Source of the DNA: Sandaracinaceae bacterium
Lineage (GTDB): Bacteria; Myxococcota_A; Polyangia; Polyangiales; Sandaracinaceae
Direction: 5' to 3'
Assembly: GCA_044220955.1 (NCBI GenBank)
Contig: JBGAQA010000076.1
Location: 1-33,900 of the forward strand
DNA length: 33,900 bases
Shown here: one piece after another, positions 16,834 to 26,368 of the stretch
Position numbering within the stretch: the first letter of the stretch is position 1
Layout: each line of letters begins with the position of its first letter
The notes under the pieces: generated by a model
Databases searched by the model: none
The model's input: only the letters and a program-made list of their open reading frames with translations
Told to the model about the DNA's origin: nothing
Position numbers and translations under genes: made by a program

Positions 16834-17621
16834 GACACGCACCTCTTCTCTTCGCCGCGCTCGCGATCACCGGAGCGAGCTTCGCCGCTTGCGGGGTCAC
16901 GCCAGGGCGCGCGATCGCGGTCACCTTCACCGCGGAAGGCGCCCTTCCCGACTTCGAGACGGCCGCGGGCTGGCGCGTCCACCTGACCCAGGCGTGGATG
17001 TCGATCGGTCCGATCTACGTGCTCGCTCCGGCCGCCCAGACCGCGCGGCTCGATCGACTTCGAGCCCTGGTGCTCCCGATCGCGCGCGCGCACGGCGGTC
17101 ACGACGACTTCGCGGCGCTCGCCGTGCGCGCGGAGTGGCTCGACGAGCGCGTCGTCGACCTGCTCGGAGGTCCGGTCGTGCTCGGCGAGGGAGATGGCAG
17201 CGCGGGCCAGGCCGAGTCCACGACCGTCGAGCTCGCGGTCCCCGCGGACGCGGCGGGACCCACGCGCGGGCACGTCGCGTGGGTCGCGGGCGTCGCGACG
17301 CCGCTCGCGGGAGGCGCGGAGGTCGCCTTCGAGGGCGGCCTCGACGTCGCGCCGGACACGGTCGGCAGCGCGGTCGAGTCGGTCGCGAGCGCGTTCGCCA
17401 TGGACGCGAGCGGAACGCTCGCGCTCTCGATCCACGCGGACGGCCGAGGCGGCGCTGCCCCTTCGTGGCTGGAGCAGGCCCACTTCGACCGTCTACCGCT
17501 GCCCGCGACGGGCACCGTCCGCTCCCTCGCTCCGGGGACGCAGCCTTACGTCGCGTGGTATCTCGCCGCGCGCGACGCCGCCGCGTTCCGCACGGCGTAC
17601 GCGCCGGGGGCCGAGCCATGA
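16830..17621 (+). CDS. lipoprotein with HGGH motif, TonB-receptor associated (263 aa)
   Basis: ATGA-coupled to the receptor. Lipobox FAAC, FETAAGWRVHLTQAWMSIGPIY, IARAHGGHDD. Confidence 0.75.
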   Translation: MRHAPLLFAALAITGASFAACGVTPGRAIAVTFTAEGALPDFETAAGWRVHLTQAWMSIGPIYVLAPAAQTARLDRLRALVLPIARAHGGHDDFAALAVRAEWLDERVVDLLGGPVVLGEGDGSAGQAESTTVELAVPADAAGPTRGHVAWVAGVATPLAGGAEVAFEGGLDVAPDTVGSAVESVASAFAMDASGTLALSIHADGRGGAAPSWLEQAHFDRLPLPATGTVRSLAPGTQPYVAWYLAARDAAAFRTAYAPGAEP

Positions 17622-18535
17622 GCCGCCTCCTCGCGCTCGGTCTCGTCGTCGTCGCGGGGTGCGGCAGCCGAGGCGCCGCGGGGACGCTGCGGATCGCGGC
17701 GAGCGGCGAGCAAGCGGCCGTGGACGGCTATCCCAGCTCGACCGGTGTCGCGTTCGTCGATGGCTGGACCTTGGCCTTCGACTTCGTCCTGGTCTCGCTC
17801 GATGCCCTCTACGTACGTCGCGGCGGCACCGGGCCGACGCTCGAGGCGGACGCCGTCGTGGTCGATCTCCACGACGCCGTCCGACAGGATGTCTGGACGT
17901 TTCCCGCGCTACCCGCCCAGCGCTACGAAGACGTAGGCTACGAGATCGCAGCTCCGACGGCGTCGAGCCGACCCATCGGATCGGTCACGGACGTGCAGAT
18001 CGCGACCATGGTCGCCGGCGGCGTGACGTACTGGCTGCATGGTACGGCGCGCCACCCCGATCACCACGACGTGGTCCTCGACCTCCGGATTCCGACCCAC
18101 GCGGCGATGAGCCGCTGCACGAGCGCGACGGACATGGCCCAGGGTCTCGTCGTCACGCCGAGCGGCACGGCGGACCACACGGTGACCTTCCACCTCGATC
18201 ACGTGTTCTTCGACTCGGTCGTCCTGCCCGAGCCGCACCTGCGCTTCGAGGCGTACGCGGCCGCCGCCGGCGGCGACTTCGTCGTCACCTGGGACGAGCT
18301 CGCCTCTCAGCCGCTCGCGAACCTGCACGACATCGACGGATCGCCCCTGACGGAAGGCGGCCGGCAGATCTTCTACGACCCCGGATCGACGCCGCTCGCG
18401 GTCCAAGACCTTCGTTCGTTCGTCTACCACCAGGCCACCACCCTCGGTCACTTCGACGGCGACGGGCACTGCGACTACGTCTGCGTCGACGCCAGTGGCA
18501 CCGCCCAGCCGGGCTGCCCGGCGCCCGCGCGTTGA
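17618..18535 (+). CDS. lipoprotein, putative metal-binding, TonB-receptor associated (305 aa)
   Basis: ATGA-coupled. Lipobox VAGC, FVDGWTLAFD, TFHLDHVFFD, LGHFDGDGHC. Confidence 0.75.
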   Translation: MSRLLALGLVVVAGCGSRGAAGTLRIAASGEQAAVDGYPSSTGVAFVDGWTLAFDFVLVSLDALYVRRGGTGPTLEADAVVVDLHDAVRQDVWTFPALPAQRYEDVGYEIAAPTASSRPIGSVTDVQIATMVAGGVTYWLHGTARHPDHHDVVLDLRIPTHAAMSRCTSATDMAQGLVVTPSGTADHTVTFHLDHVFFDSVVLPEPHLRFEAYAAAAGGDFVVTWDELASQPLANLHDIDGSPLTEGGRQIFYDPGSTPLAVQDLRSFVYHQATTLGHFDGDGHCDYVCVDASGTAQPGCPAPAR

Positions 18536-18561
18536 GGAGCCCGCGTGCGCCGGACCCCCGA

Positions 18562-19113
18562 TCAGCGGCGCACCGGGTACTTGCTCAGCTTCCGCTGGAG
18601 CGAGCGCCGGTGGACCCCGAGCAGGCGCGCCGCCTGGGACACGTTGCCGCCGCAGTCGGTGAGCACGCGCTGGATGTGCTCCCACTCGATGCGCGCGAGG
18701 CTCGGGACGACGTCGGGCAACGCGAGCGGCGCGGCGCCGGGCGGCTGATCCTTGCGGGCGAACGCCGCGAGGATCTCGTCCACGTCGGCGGGCTTGCTCA
18801 GGTAGTGCGTGGCGCCGAGCCGCACGGCCTCGAGCGCGGTCGCGATGCTGCCGTAGCCCGTGAGCACGACGACGTTGGTGGAGGGATCGATCGCGATGAG
18901 GTCCCGCACGAGCTCGAGCCCCGAGCCTCCGGGCATGCGCAGGTCGACCAGCGCCAGCTCGGGGCTCTCCACGCGGGCGAGGGCGAGGGCCTCCGCGGGC
19001 GAGGGCGCCTGACGTACGTCGTAGCCGCGCTGGATCAGGGCGCGCCCGAGACGCTCGCGAAACGTGTCGTCGTCGTCGACGATCAGGATGGAGACCGACT
19101 CGGACAGGATCAT
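18562..19113 (-). CDS. regA: RegA/PrrA/ActR-family response regulator (183 aa)
   Basis: ILIVDDD, LVDLRMPGGSGL, LTGYGSIATALEAVRLGA, YLSKP and Fis-type HTH SLARIEWEHIQRVL..GNVSQAARLLGVHRRSLQRKL. Start ATG 19113 overlaps the kinase stop. Confidence 0.92.
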   Translation of the reverse strand: MILSESVSILIVDDDDTFRERLGRALIQRGYDVRQAPSPAEALALARVESPELALVDLRMPGGSGLELVRDLIAIDPSTNVVVLTGYGSIATALEAVRLGATHYLSKPADVDEILAAFARKDQPPGAAPLALPDVVPSLARIEWEHIQRVLTDCGGNVSQAARLLGVHRRSLQRKLSKYPVRR

Positions 19114-20372
19114 GGGCTCACCTCCTCCACCGCGACGTCGGGCAGACGGACCGTCACGCGCGTGCCGCGCCCGAGCGTCGAGTCGATCGCCAGCGAGCCA
19201 CCGAGCTGGCTGACGAGCGTGCGGGCGAGGAAGAGGCCCAGGCCCATCCCCCGACCGGGCGGCTTCGTGGTGAAGAAAGGCTCGCCTGCGCGCGCGCGCG
19301 CCTCGGGGCCCATGCCCTCGCCTCGATCGACGACGTCGATCACGAGCGTTCGGCCCGATGCATCGAGCGAGAGCTCGATCCGCCCGTCCTGGCCGCTCGC
19401 GTCGAGCGCGTTTCGCGCCAGGCTCGCGATCACCTGCTCGAGCGCGCGGCGTGGGACGCGGACCTGGCGCTCGGGTGTCGTACAGCGCACGTCGATGCGC
19501 GAGAGGAGCGGCTCGCCCAGATCGCTCAGGCTCGTCGCGAGCTCGCCGATCCGCGTCGGCTCGGCGGCCTCGCCTCGGAGCTCGCCGGAACGAAGCGAGA
19601 GGCGGTCGAGGACGGCGCGGCTGCGCTCGACCTCGCTCCGGACCAGGCGCGCGTCGTCGCGCAGGCTGGCGAGCTCGGGGCGGTCGGCGAGCGCGCGCTC
19701 GAGCTCCGCGGCGACCGTCTTGATGGTGGACAGAGGCGTCGCGAGCTCGTGCGCTGCGCCGGCGGCGAGCGTGGTCAGGCCGAGCAGGCGCGCCGTCTTC
19801 GCCGCGTTCTCGCGCTCGATCGCGAGCGCCCGTGACACCCGGGTCACGAACGCCGCGATCAGTAGCGCCGCGACGGTGAAGGCGAACCACATCCCCTGCA
19901 GGTGCAGCGAGAACGACGCGTCCCCACCGCCTCCACCGTGGTGGTGCGCGTGCGGATCGGCCGGCGCGACGAAGAAGAGCAGGCCGTAGCCGGCGGCCGC
20001 GAGCGCGACGGTCGCCCACGTGTACGCGCCCGGCACGACGACGGCCGCGAGCGTGACGTAGACGAGATACACGATGCTGAACGGGTTCGAGGGCCCACCG
20101 GCGAGCGCGAGCGCGACGGTGAGCAGCACCGTGTCGAGCAGCAGCATCGGGCCGATCGCCTCGCGGCGGGGCCAGCGCGCGAGCGCGGCGTTGGTGACGA
20201 GCGCGAGCGCGAGGATCCCGAGCAGCGGCGCAACCGGCAGCGCGAGGTGGAGCGCGAGCGTCGCCACCGCGAGCGCGGCCCCCTGAGCCAGCACCGCGGC
20301 CCAGCGCAGCCGCACCACCGACGCGACCTCGCTCACGGCCTCGTCATCGTACGTCGTCGCGCGGCCGGCCAC
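19110..20372 (-). CDS. regB: RegB/PrrB/ActS-family membrane sensor histidine kinase
   Basis: LRW near the N-terminus, about 6 TM helices, GGPSNPF motif, HLQGMW, H-box AAGAAHELATPLSTI, NALDA, DRGEGM, GEPFFTTK, GMGLGLFL. Confidence 0.9.
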   Translation of the reverse strand: MAGRATTYDDEAVSEVASVVRLRWAAVLAQGAALAVATLALHLALPVAPLLGILALALVTNAALARWPRREAIGPMLLLDTVLLTVALALAGGPSNPFSIVYLVYVTLAAVVVPGAYTWATVALAAAGYGLLFFVAPADPHAHHHGGGGGDASFSLHLQGMWFAFTVAALLIAAFVTRVSRALAIERENAAKTARLLGLTTLAAGAAHELATPLSTIKTVAAELERALADRPELASLRDDARLVRSEVERSRAVLDRLSLRSGELRGEAAEPTRIGELATSLSDLGEPLLSRIDVRCTTPERQVRVPRRALEQVIASLARNALDASGQDGRIELSLDASGRTLVIDVVDRGEGMGPEARARAGEPFFTTKPPGRGMGLGLFLARTLVSQLGGSLAIDSTLGRGTRVTVRLPDVAVEEVSP

Positions 20373-20445
20373 GGTGGGGCCCCATAGCAGCCGGCTCGAG
20401 GCGCGGCCCTCGCTGCGACGATTCGCCGCACGGGCCGCCTTTCCC

Positions 20446-22350
20446 TCACTCGCTCTCTTCTTCGCGCGCGAGGCGACGAACGGTCAGCTCGATGCGCGCG
20501 CCGCCCTCGAGGACGAACTCGGTCGGCACCTCGCTGCGCACGTGCGAGGCGATCTCGCGCACGCGGTCGCCGTCGCCCGTCTGCTGGAGGGCGTCGATCA
20601 CCGACATCGGCAGCGACGTCGCGACGTGTCCGGGCGTGCGCAGGCCCCGACCGGGCAAGCGGAGCGAGAGCACCACCGAGCGCGTGTCGTAGCGTCGACG
20701 GATCGACTCGAGCACGTCGTGCAGATCGTGCGGCTCCGGGCGCTCGGGCTCCACCTCGCGGCCCGGCTGCACGAGGAGCGAGATCGAGTCTCCAGCGGCG
20801 CTCTCCGGAACGTGCACGCTCGTCGTGATCGTGCGCTCCTCGCCGTCCCAGGGGCGGAGCACGACGCGTACGGGCACGTCCTGTCCGGGGTCGACCTCGG
20901 TCGAAGCCACGCTGGCGTCCACGATCTCCGCCGTGCGGTGCTCGAAGCGGAGCGAGAGCTCGATCTCGACGCCCACGAGGCGCGTGTCCTCGAAGGGGTT
21001 CGCGTACGCCGCCTCGACGAGGTCGAAGGCGCGGATCTGCGAGAGCGCGCTCGTCTGGTGCGCTCCCGTCGCGCTGAAGCCGTGGTCGACCACCTCGACG
21101 GGACTGGCGACACCCTCGAAGCGAACGCGGCTCGTGGCCTCGAAGGTGACGTACTCGGAGTCGCCGGCCACGCTCTTGACGGCGCTCTGGATGCTCGTCG
21201 AGAGCAGCGTGCCCGTCGCCGAGCGGTGGCTCGCGAGCTCGAAGTTCCACTCGCTTCGTTCGGTGTCGGGGATGCCGGTGAGGTGCAGGCGCACGGGGAT
21301 CATCGGCGCCTGCATCGACGTGTCGACGACGATCGCGGCCTGGCGGTCCTGCACGAGCGTGCCCAGCGGCGCGATCGGCTCGGCGATCTTGAACGAGCGC
21401 TGCACGGTCGAGAGGATGTGCAGCACGCGCGCCACGGCGGTCGGATAGCCGACCTCGCCGATCTCGAGCATCGGGTGGCCGAACGCGACGAGCCGCTCAC
21501 CCTCGACGTGCGTGACGGTGCCGATGACGGTGCTGGAGATGTCGCCGCGCGCGAGCGTGACGGCGAGCCCCCCACCGTCGACGAAGCGCGGGGGTGCGCT
21601 CGGCGGCGTGCTCATGGTGCCGGTCCCGCCGGCCTGGAGCACCTCGATCCCCAGCGGCGCGTACGCCTGCGCGAGCATCGCGACCGCGGCGTCGTCGAAC
21701 CCGCCGACGAGCATGGGCGTCGAGGCGGGCATCCACGTCGAGCCCGCTGCGTCCGGTGAGGTGGGCATCACGTGGCGGGCCATGTCCTCGAGCGCGGCGA
21801 ACGCCGACGCGCGGCGGTCGCCGAGGTAGGGCGTGATCCCGCCGAGGGGCCGTCCGCGCCGCCCGCGCGTCGCCGCGCCCTCACCCGCCGGCGTCGTCGG
21901 CACGGGCGTCGCGCCGGGGAACGAGGTCGGCCGGGTCGGGCGCCGCATCTCGCGCAGCATGTTCGCGATCGGCGTGACGCCCGCGTACGGATGTCGTCCG
22001 AAGGGCCAGCCGTACGAGTAGGCGCCGAGCAGGCGATCGTCGATGAAGATGGGGCTGCCGCTCATCCCGCCGACGGTGTTCGCGTCCTCGAGGATCGGGT
22101 GCTCGCAGTGGACGATGACCAGATCCTGATCGGGCCGGAAGCCGTGCAGCACGTCGACGATCTCGACCTCGAAGCGCTCCGGGGTGGTGCCGCGGAACAC
22201 GGTCAGCCCGTAGCCGCGCATCCCGGGCTGGAGCTCGCTGACGTCGATCGTGTCCGAGGGCGCGCGCACCTGTCCGGCCGCGACCCACGCCGCGAGCCAC
22301 GTCGCGATCGCGATGCCGCCGAGCCAGACCGCGCGCGGTCGAGTCTTCAC
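20446..22350 (-). CDS. SpoIVB-type (S55) peptidase domain protein
   Basis: Signal peptide, PGMRGYGLTVFRGT, GGMSGSPIFIDDRLLGAYSYG, GTVTHV..AFGHP. Confidence 0.88.
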   Translation of the reverse strand: MKTRPRAVWLGGIAIATWLAAWVAAGQVRAPSDTIDVSELQPGMRGYGLTVFRGTTPERFEVEIVDVLHGFRPDQDLVIVHCEHPILEDANTVGGMSGSPIFIDDRLLGAYSYGWPFGRHPYAGVTPIANMLREMRRPTRPTSFPGATPVPTTPAGEGAATRGRRGRPLGGITPYLGDRRASAFAALEDMARHVMPTSPDAAGSTWMPASTPMLVGGFDDAAVAMLAQAYAPLGIEVLQAGGTGTMSTPPSAPPRFVDGGGLAVTLARGDISSTVIGTVTHVEGERLVAFGHPMLEIGEVGYPTAVARVLHILSTVQRSFKIAEPIAPLGTLVQDRQAAIVVDTSMQAPMIPVRLHLTGIPDTERSEWNFELASHRSATGTLLSTSIQSAVKSVAGDSEYVTFEATSRVRFEGVASPVEVVDHGFSATGAHQTSALSQIRAFDLVEAAYANPFEDTRLVGVEIELSLRFEHRTAEIVDASVASTEVDPGQDVPVRVVLRPWDGEERTITTSVHVPESAAGDSISLLVQPGREVEPERPEPHDLHDVLESIRRRYDTRSVVLSLRLPGRGLRTPGHVATSLPMSVIDALQQTGDGDRVREIASHVRSEVPTEFVLEGGARIELTVRRLAREEESE

Positions 22351-22384
22351 GCCGGCGAGCTTAGCCGATCGGTCGAGCGCGTGG

Positions 22385-24145
22385 TCACGGCTGAGGGATC
22401 GCAGTCAGCAGGCACACGCGGTCCGGCGAGCAACCGGCGAGCGAGAGGGTCGTCGTCACCGACGCGGTCTCGTCGTACACGAGGATCGAGTCTGGCGGCG
22501 GCCCGTCCTCGTCGACCGGGACGAGCACGACTCCGGGCACCGGACCGAGCGCGTCGCCGTCCGGCAGGTGCGCGAGCCCCTGCCCCGTGTAGCGGACGTA
22601 CGCCGCGACGTCGGGCGTGTCCGTCTCGTCGAGCTGGATCACGTACGCGGGCTGCGTCCGCATCAGCTCGATGATCAGCTCGGCTCGGATCACGCGCGGC
22701 TCGTGGGCCGGGGCGACGGCCACGAGCGGCTCGCCGGTGAGGTCGCGCTGCTCGAGCGACATGGGCAGCGCTCCCAGATCGCGCGCGCCCATGAACAGGC
22801 GCACGTCGGGGTCCGGGGAGCTGATCATCACGGTGAGGGCCGGAGCCGAGCTCGGCGTCGGCATCATCGGTGCGCGCGTCGCCGGTGCGACGGTCCCGGT
22901 CGGGCTCGCGGTCGGGAGCGGAGCGCTGCGACGCGCGAAGTAGACGGCCGCCACGATCGCCACGATCGCCACCGCGCCGATGACGACGAGCAGGGCCGAG
23001 AGCACGACGATCGCGATGCGCCTCGTGCGAGACCCCGGCGCGCTCGGCATCGGCACGGCGCGGCTCTGCGTGGCCGGAGGGGGCGGCGCCGAGCTCGCGT
23101 CGGCGACGCGCTGCAGCGCCACGGCGGCCGGCATCACCAGCGGCATCGACATGCGCTCTTCGGTCGACGGCTGCGCGGCGGGCTGATCGGGCTCGGCCAT
23201 GGCCCAGCCCTTCTCGGGGAAGAGCCACGCGACGAGGCGCGCGAGCTGCGGACGTCCGTAGCCGGCGGCCATCTCGTGCAGCAGCTCGCGTAGCTCGAGG
23301 CTGAGCTGCTGCGCGCTGGGCATGCGCTGCTCGCGATCGAGCGCGAGGCAGCTCAGGACGAGCCGGTCGAGGCGCTCCGGAACGCGGTGGTTGTGGTGCG
23401 AGGGGGGCTCGAAGAGCCCGGACTGCAGGAGCTGCGCGGCGCGCCCCGGATCGTCGGGCGGGATGAGCGAGCGTAGCGTCAGCATCTCCCAGAGCATCAC
23501 GCCGAGCGAGAAGATGTCGGCGCGGGCGTCGATCGTCTCACCGCGCGCTTGCTCCGGCGCCATGTAGCTGATCTTGCCGATGCTCACGCCGCTCGCCGTC
23601 TTGAGCACGTTGTCGGCCGCCTTCACGAGGCCGAAGTCGCTCACCTTCACCGCGCCCTCGTTGCTGACGAGCACGTTCTGCGGGCTCACGTCGCGGTGCA
23701 CGATCCCGAGCGGCGTCCCGTCGTCGTCCTTCTTGCGGTGCGCGTGGTCGAGGCCCTGGGCGGCCTCGGCCCCGATGAACAGCGCCGCTGCGAGCTCGAG
23801 CTGTCGCTTTTGATCCACCAGGCGCTGCAGGATCTGGGAGAGCGAGACCCCCTCGACGAACTCGAGGACGAGGTAGGGCTCGGGATCGATCCCGAAGTCG
23901 ATGACCTGCACGAGGTTCGGGTGGTCGAGGCGGGCGTTGGTGCGCGCCTCGGCGGCGAAGCGCTCGAGGAGCGAGGGATCTCGCCGGTATTGCGGGAGGA
24001 TCCGCTTGATCGCGACGCGCTTCTTGAAGCCGGCCTCGCCGACCCGCTCGCCACGGAACACGGTCGCCATGCCGCCATGGCCCAGCTTCTCGAGGAGGCG
24101 GTACGGCCCGATGCTCTCCGGGACGCCCGCGACGGAGGCGGTCAC
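22385..24145 (-). CDS. membrane-anchored Ser/Thr protein kinase (Hanks type)
   Basis: LGHGGMATV, VAIKRI, IVHRDVSPQNVL, DFGL, YMAPEQ, DIFSLG, then one TM helix and an extracytoplasmic C-terminal domain. Confidence 0.95.
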   Translation of the reverse strand: MTASVAGVPESIGPYRLLEKLGHGGMATVFRGERVGEAGFKKRVAIKRILPQYRRDPSLLERFAAEARTNARLDHPNLVQVIDFGIDPEPYLVLEFVEGVSLSQILQRLVDQKRQLELAAALFIGAEAAQGLDHAHRKKDDDGTPLGIVHRDVSPQNVLVSNEGAVKVSDFGLVKAADNVLKTASGVSIGKISYMAPEQARGETIDARADIFSLGVMLWEMLTLRSLIPPDDPGRAAQLLQSGLFEPPSHHNHRVPERLDRLVLSCLALDREQRMPSAQQLSLELRELLHEMAAGYGRPQLARLVAWLFPEKGWAMAEPDQPAAQPSTEERMSMPLVMPAAVALQRVADASSAPPPPATQSRAVPMPSAPGSRTRRIAIVVLSALLVVIGAVAIVAIVAAVYFARRSAPLPTASPTGTVAPATRAPMMPTPSSAPALTVMISSPDPDVRLFMGARDLGALPMSLEQRDLTGEPLVAVAPAHEPRVIRAELIIELMRTQPAYVIQLDETDTPDVAAYVRYTGQGLAHLPDGDALGPVPGVVLVPVDEDGPPPDSILVYDETASVTTTLSLAGCSPDRVCLLTAIPQP

Positions 24146-24224
24146 GGCGGGCAGGTTATCACGCAGGGCGCGGCCGCCGACCCTCTTGTGTCCGAGCCCG
24201 AGATCCGACTAGGCTCCGCCCGCC

Positions 24225-24728
24225 ATGAGTGAATTCGACGCCCGCCTCGATCGCGACGCTGCCGTCCTGCGCCGCGCCCAGTCGATCAACGCGAACCCGA
24301 GCTACATCCTCGACTTCATCGTCTGTGCGATCTTCCTCGTGGTCGGGATCCTGACGCTCGTCGTGTCGAGCATGCGCGACGGCACCGAGAGCGACCTCGA
24401 CACGAACGCATACCCATGGGTCGGCTGGGCGGTGTTCGCGGCCATCGTCGTCGGAACGGTGATCGTCCAGCGCGTGCCGTACGGCGAGAACGTGCCGATC
24501 GCCTTCGCCGTGATCGCCGCGATCATCGTCGGCTTCATCGCCGTCTACGTCGCTGCCGTCCCCGGCTGGGTGACGCTCGGCGTCGTGGCGCTCGGCGCGG
24601 TGCTCGTCCTGGCGACGCCGAACGGCGGGAACTTCATGCTGATGGGCATGGCCGTGCTCTCGCTCGGCGCCGGGCTCGTCACGATATGGGCGGCCGCGCT
24701 CGCCATCTTCGGCGGCGGCGGCGAGTAG
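24225..24728 (+). CDS. hypothetical integral membrane protein
   Basis: 167 aa with about 5 hydrophobic helices. TAGGCT 9 nt upstream of the ATG. Confidence 0.7.
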   Translation: MSEFDARLDRDAAVLRRAQSINANPSYILDFIVCAIFLVVGILTLVVSSMRDGTESDLDTNAYPWVGWAVFAAIVVGTVIVQRVPYGENVPIAFAVIAAIIVGFIAVYVAAVPGWVTLGVVALGAVLVLATPNGGNFMLMGMAVLSLGAGLVTIWAAALAIFGGGGE

Positions 24729-24794
24729 CGAGCCGAGTCGAGTAGCGAGCGCTGTCCCGCTCGGGCATCATCGTCGTCTCCGAGGAGACGCGCG

Positions 24795-26366
24795 ATGAGC
24801 ACGACCCACGTCACGAGCGGCAACGGCAAGGGCACGAACGGGCACGGCGCCACGTTCGAGAAGCGCTCGCCCGTCACGAGCGAGCGGCTCGCCGAATTCC
24901 ACGTCTCGAGCGAGGCCGAGGTGAAGGCCGCCGTCGCCCGCGCCCGCAGCGCGCTGGAGAGCTGGCGGCAGACGACGCTGGAGCGGCGCATCGAGCTGCT
25001 CCTGCGCATCAAGGAGGTCGTCCGGACCCACGGGGAGCAGTACGCGCGCAAGATCAGCGAGGACACGGGCAAGCCGCTCGTCGACTCGCTGCTGACCGAG
25101 CTGATGAGCGTCCCGCTCTTCCTCGACTACTACAAGGCCACGGCGCCGAAGGTGCTCGCCCGCAAGAAGGTGCCGGGCTCGATCCTCTTCCCGGGCAAGA
25201 CGAGCTACGTCGAGCACTTCCCGGTCGGGGTCGTCGCGATCATCAGCCCCTGGAACTTCCCCTTCCAGCTCTCGATGGTGCCGATCGTCTCGGCGCTCAT
25301 CGCCGGCAACACGGCGGTGCTGAAGCCGAGCGAGGTGACGCCCATCACGGGCGAGATCATCCGCGAGATCTTCCAGCGCATCGGGCTGCCGACCGGCGTG
25401 CTCGAGGTGGTGCAGGGCGACGGGTCCACGGGCGCGGCGCTCGCCGAGGCCGACGTCGACAAGATCTTCTTCACCGGGTCGGTCGCGACGGGCCGCAAGG
25501 TGATGGCGGCGGCGGCGAAGAAGCCCATTCCCGTCGAGCTCGAGCTCGGCGGCAAGGACGCGTTCATCGTCTGCGCGGACGCGCACCTCGAGCGCGCCGC
25601 GAAGGCGGCTGCCTGGGGCGGCCTCGTGAACTGCGGGCAGATGTGCACCTCGGTCGAGCGCATCTTCGTCGAGGCGAAGGTGCACGATCGCTTCGTCGAG
25701 CTGCTCACGCGGGAGGTCGAGAAGGTCACCGTCGGCGGTCCGGACGAGCACGCCGACATGGGGCCGATGACGATGTCACGGCAGATCGACGTCGTGGAGC
25801 GGCACGTCGCGGACGCGCTCGAGAAGGGCGCGAAGATCCTCACCGGTGGCCGGCGCCTCGATCGCCCGGGCCAGTTCTACGCGCCCACGCTCCTCACCGG
25901 TGTGCGCGCGGACATGGAGATCTATCGCGAGGAGACCTTCGGCCCCGTGCTGCCCGTCGTGAAGGTCGACTCCATCGACCAGGCGCTGCGCATGGCCAAC
26001 GAGCACCAGTACGGCCTCGTCGGCAGCGTCTGGACGAGCGACGTCGACAAGGGCATCGCCATCGCGTCCAAGATGGAGTGCGGTCAGGTGAACGTGAACG
26101 ACGTCGTCGTGAGCGTCGGCAACCCCAAGCTCCCCTTCGGTGGGGTGAAGAACAGCGGGTTCGGCCGCTACCACGGCCCCGAGGGCCTCCTCGCGTTCTC
26201 GCACCAGAAGGCCATCATGGTGGATCGGGGCTACCTCGAGACCGAGCCCTTCTGGTTCCCGTACAGGAACAAGTACGACGGCATGCGCGACCTCTTCCAC
26301 GGGCTGCTCGGTGGCAGCGTGCCCAAGGTCTTGCGCGGGTTCCTCCGGCTGCGCCGGAGCGGATGA
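24795..26366 (+). CDS. aldehyde dehydrogenase family protein
   Basis: SD GAGGAG. ISPWNFP, KPSE, FTGSVATG, ELELGGKD, GQMCTS (catalytic Cys), EETFGP, PFGGVKNSGFGR. Confidence 0.95.
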   Translation: MSTTHVTSGNGKGTNGHGATFEKRSPVTSERLAEFHVSSEAEVKAAVARARSALESWRQTTLERRIELLLRIKEVVRTHGEQYARKISEDTGKPLVDSLLTELMSVPLFLDYYKATAPKVLARKKVPGSILFPGKTSYVEHFPVGVVAIISPWNFPFQLSMVPIVSALIAGNTAVLKPSEVTPITGEIIREIFQRIGLPTGVLEVVQGDGSTGAALAEADVDKIFFTGSVATGRKVMAAAAKKPIPVELELGGKDAFIVCADAHLERAAKAAAWGGLVNCGQMCTSVERIFVEAKVHDRFVELLTREVEKVTVGGPDEHADMGPMTMSRQIDVVERHVADALEKGAKILTGGRRLDRPGQFYAPTLLTGVRADMEIYREETFGPVLPVVKVDSIDQALRMANEHQYGLVGSVWTSDVDKGIAIASKMECGQVNVNDVVVSVGNPKLPFGGVKNSGFGRYHGPEGLLAFSHQKAIMVDRGYLETEPFWFPYRNKYDGMRDLFHGLLGGSVPKVLRGFLRLRRSG

Positions 26367-26368
26367 TC

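Noticed and set aside
20446..22350. SpoIVB domain as evidence for endospore formation
   Set aside because: S55 domain proteins occur widely outside Firmicutes, and no other spo genes are present.
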